From positions 86,040 to 150,039 of the forward strand of contig JAVZBY010000002.1 of assembly GCA_038874655.1 (NCBI GenBank): 64,000 bases of DNA, given 5' to 3'. Origin of the DNA: Candidatus Woesearchaeota archaeon. GTDB taxonomy: Archaea; Nanobdellota; Nanobdellia; Woesearchaeales; GW2011-AR15. The notes under the pieces were generated by a model, which worked only from the letters and a program-made list of their open reading frames with translations, ran no database searches and was not told the DNA's origin. The position numbers were made by a program, and so were the translations under genes. This document shows, piece by piece, positions 61,003 to 64,000 of this stretch. Positions within the stretch are counted from its first letter, which is position 1, and every line of letters starts with the position of its first letter.

Positions 61003-61554
61003 GTGAGATTGGCCAATCAAGTAAACATAAAAACAAATCTAAAATCTAATGTTCCTAGTTCTGTTTTAAATTACGATATAGACTCATTAAAAAAAAAATC
61101 AAAAGAAGAGTTAATACAATTAATAATTCATTATTCAATCTTATCACAATCAGACATACAAATTCCTGTTTCTTTATTTTGTAATGATGCTCCACCGCTT
61201 GAGTCATTAGTAAAATATCTTAAAGAAGAAAAAAACCTTTCTATAAAAGAGATAGCACAAAAACTTAATAGAAATATACAGACAATTTTTACAACTTATA
61301 GAAATGCAAAAAACAAAAAAATAAACTTTACTTATGGATTTAGTGTCCCATTGTCAATTTTTTCTAAGAAGAAATACTCAATTCTTGAATCTTTGGTTGG
61401 CTATCTCAAAGAAATCTGTAATATGAAAACTTCTGAGATCTCAAAAATATTATCTCGTGATATTAGAGTGGTTCATGTTCATTATACTAGATATAAAACA
61501 AAACAAGTGAAAAATGATGAAAATACAAAAACCATAATGGAGGTAATAAAATGA
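61003..61554 (+). CDS. Tandem-HTH DNA-binding protein (paralog of 37094)
   Basis: Two (I/V)P.S.F...LESLV.YLKE...EI...L.R repeats. Confidence 0.75.
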   Translation: MRLANQVNIKTNLKSNVPSSVLNYDIDSLKKKSKEELIQLIIHYSILSQSDIQIPVSLFCNDAPPLESLVKYLKEEKNLSIKEIAQKLNRNIQTIFTTYRNAKNKKINFTYGFSVPLSIFSKKKYSILESLVGYLKEICNMKTSEISKILSRDIRVVHVHYTRYKTKQVKNDENTKTIMEVIK

Positions 61555-64000
61555 AAATAACAAAATTAGCAAAAATACTTTTAGTTTTAGTTGTTGTATT
61601 TGTTTTTTTATTTAATGTAAAAGCAGATTTGATGGCTTTACAAGGAACTGTAGATAATCCTTCTGCACAGGATATTAGAATCTACATTTATGATAGCCCA
61701 ATAGGAGGCACATTAATCTATGATTCTGGAACAGATTTCAACAATGCTATAAAAAATGGTAGATATGATATTCTACTTGGAAGCAATACACCTTTAACAT
61801 TAGAATATGGCAAGCTATATTATTTAGATATTAGTATTAATGGAGAAGACCTAGATTTTAATGGTTCTGAAAGACAAGTATTTCAATCATCAGTTGGAAA
61901 AATAAAAGGCAATTACATTAATAATAGTGCAATTTCTTCTGTCCATATATTAGATGGTAGTATATCTGGTGTTGATATAGCAGATGACTCTATTGAAAAA
62001 ACAAAAATACAAACAATAGGTCAATGGCAAGAAAATGAAATACCCTCTTTAACAGCATCATGGACAGGAACAATTAATGCTTCAAAAATTATTTCAACAA
62101 ATCTATTGAATGTTAATAGCAGTATCACAGCAAATAATGCACTAATAGCAAATTCTGCCAACACCTTACAAGGATTTAGTGCAACAATATTCTTTTCAAA
62201 TGATACAATGCTTTATGAAAAAATAGAAAATACAAACACAACCCTAAACATCAAAAAACTAGGTTTTAACACAACAGCAGAATTAGACACAAGATATGCA
62301 TTGATAGGCACATCTTCAGGAGGGAATAGCACAGAACAGATACAGAATGCTGTTTCACCTATGTTATCTACATATGCCAATCAATCATGGGTTATAAGTC
62401 AAGGATATGCTTCTAGTAATTTATTATCAACATATTGGAATAAGACAGAGGGGTATAATACATTATCAACATATACTAATAAATCATTAGTTTATAGTAT
62501 ATTAAGCACTTATGCAAACACTAGTGATGTTTTATCAATAAGTACATTGTATAATACTTTAACAACATATTTAAACAAAAGCGAAGCATACACAACATTA
62601 AGCACATATGCCAATCAATCATGGGTTATAAGTCAAGGTTATTTAACAACAGAATCAGATAATTTAGCAATAAGTAAATTATCAACATATTGGAATAAAT
62701 CAGATGCTTATACAACATTATCTAATTATATTAATCAAACAACACTTTACAACAATATTTTATATGCATATGCAAATCAATCATGGGCAGTAAATAACTT
62801 CATTCAACAAGGAACTAAATTAGGAAACTCTACCCAAGAAATCCAAGCAGTGTATTATCCGACATTAGCAACTTATACTAACAATTCTCAAGTGTATGCT
62901 TTACTAAGCACATACTCTAATACAAGCTTAGTATATAATTTGTTATCTACATATGCTAATACTTCTGATGTTTTAGCATTAGGAACACTATATAATACTT
63001 TAGCAACATACTTAAACAAAACAGATGTTTACATTGTTTTAAGCACTTATCTAAATGCAACTGACCAAAGATTCAATGAAACAACCTTGATTAATAATCT
63101 AAATACAACTGCTAACATCAAAAAACTAGGTTTTAACACTACAGCAGAATTAGACAACAGATTTATACAACAAGGAACTAAATTAGGAAACACTACTCAA
63201 GAAATTCAAGCAGTGTATTATCCGACTTTAAGCAGTTATGCAAACACAACACAGGTTTATGGGTTATTAAGCACTTACTCTAACACAACTTTAGTTTATA
63301 GTTTATTATCCACATACTTAAACGCAACAGATCAAAGGTTTAATGATACAATTTATATCAGCAATGTAAATAGGACAGAGAATATTAAAAAATTAGGATT
63401 TAATACAACATCAGAATTAGACACAAGATATATACAGCAAGGAACAAAATTAGGAAATTCAACACAAGAGATTCAAGCAGTATATTATCCCACATTATCA
63501 ACATATCTAAATCAAACAACAGCAGATTCTTTATATCAACAAAAGACAAATTTACGAGTTTTATTATTTGATGACTTTACATACTGGACTACTGCAAGAA
63601 CAGAAGGTATTGGTTTATGTGCAGCATTAAACGCAGGGACAGCAGCATCAGCAACAGTAGCAGACATGTATGGAGCAGTTTCATTTTCAGATAGCACAAC
63701 AGCAAATGGCGGCTATTATTGTGCAACAAACACAGCAATAATGAGATTTAGAGGCAATGAAACATTTACATTTAGATTCAGGCCAAATACAAATACAGCT
63801 AATTATATTTTTGATGCGGGGTTTGAAGATTCTACAACGGCTGCAGATCCAACAGATGGTTGTTGGCTTAAAAGTACAAATTTAGTAATACAAGGTTTAT
63901 GCAGAAGCAATTCTGTACAAACAGGAACAGCATCAACCTACACATTAACTTCTGGAATAACTTATGTTGGAAAAATTCAAGTAAATGCAGATGCCACATT
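61551..64000 (+). CDS. Secreted tail-fibre-like repeat protein, truncated by the window edge (more than 800 aa, not in the ORF track)
   Basis: GGAGGT RBS and ATG at 61551. Reads MKITKLAKILLVLVVVFVFLFNVKA-DLMALQG..., with many LSTYxNx(S/T) repeats. Frame stays open to 64000. Confidence 0.88.
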   Translation, partial: MKITKLAKILLVLVVVFVFLFNVKADLMALQGTVDNPSAQDIRIYIYDSPIGGTLIYDSGTDFNNAIKNGRYDILLGSNTPLTLEYGKLYYLDISINGEDLDFNGSERQVFQSSVGKIKGNYINNSAISSVHILDGSISGVDIADDSIEKTKIQTIGQWQENEIPSLTASWTGTINASKIISTNLLNVNSSITANNALIANSANTLQGFSATIFFSNDTMLYEKIENTNTTLNIKKLGFNTTAELDTRYALIGTSSGGNSTEQIQNAVSPMLSTYANQSWVISQGYASSNLLSTYWNKTEGYNTLSTYTNKSLVYSILSTYANTSDVLSISTLYNTLTTYLNKSEAYTTLSTYANQSWVISQGYLTTESDNLAISKLSTYWNKSDAYTTLSNYINQTTLYNNILYAYANQSWAVNNFIQQGTKLGNSTQEIQAVYYPTLATYTNNSQVYALLSTYSNTSLVYNLLSTYANTSDVLALGTLYNTLATYLNKTDVYIVLSTYLNATDQRFNETTLINNLNTTANIKKLGFNTTAELDNRFIQQGTKLGNTTQEIQAVYYPTLSSYANTTQVYGLLSTYSNTTLVYSLLSTYLNATDQRFNDTIYISNVNRTENIKKLGFNTTSELDTRYIQQGTKLGNSTQEIQAVYYPTLSTYLNQTTADSLYQQKTNLRVLLFDDFTYWTTARTEGIGLCAALNAGTAASATVADMYGAVSFSDSTTANGGYYCATNTAIMRFRGNETFTFRFRPNTNTANYIFDAGFEDSTTAADPTDGCWLKSTNLVIQGLCRSNSVQTGTASTYTLTSGITYVGKIQVNADAT

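Noticed and set aside
57546-64000. Provirus or mobile element around the TA pair and fibre gene
   Set aside because: No integrase, transposase, capsid or terminase, and no att-like repeats seen. Sequence beyond the right edge cannot be assessed.

Overview
Very AT-rich archaeal DNA. It has TATA/BRE-like promoters, GGTG/GAGG ribosome-binding sites, a PGF-pre-PGF domain and very dense N-x-S/T sequons. The gene content best fits a DPANN archaeon such as Woesearchaeota (inference). The whole window is a cell-surface island with two giant secreted proteins (4796 and 3840 aa), many other secreted or membrane-anchored proteins, and a truncated tail-fibre-like repeat protein at the right edge that the ORF track missed. 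Main signal: two families of small secreted beta-rich proteins (family A, 3 copies; family B, 2 copies). Their domains also form the extreme C-terminus of larger multidomain proteins (A in the 4796- and 917-aa proteins, B in the 591-aa protein). The fused A copies lack the N-terminal extension of the free copies. This resembles pilin plus tip-adhesin logic and suggests an undescribed modular filament or surface-lattice system, with an S26 peptidase in the same gene run. The 4796-aa protein carries four constant scaffolds with variable passengers inserted at a fixed Asp-Pro site. Most surface operons start with a small regulator gene, including two unannotated RHH genes. An AbiE-type toxin-antitoxin pair and a CDF transporter are also present. 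I found no rRNA, tRNA, CRISPR array, transposase or integrase. All family assignments are by eye, not from database searches.
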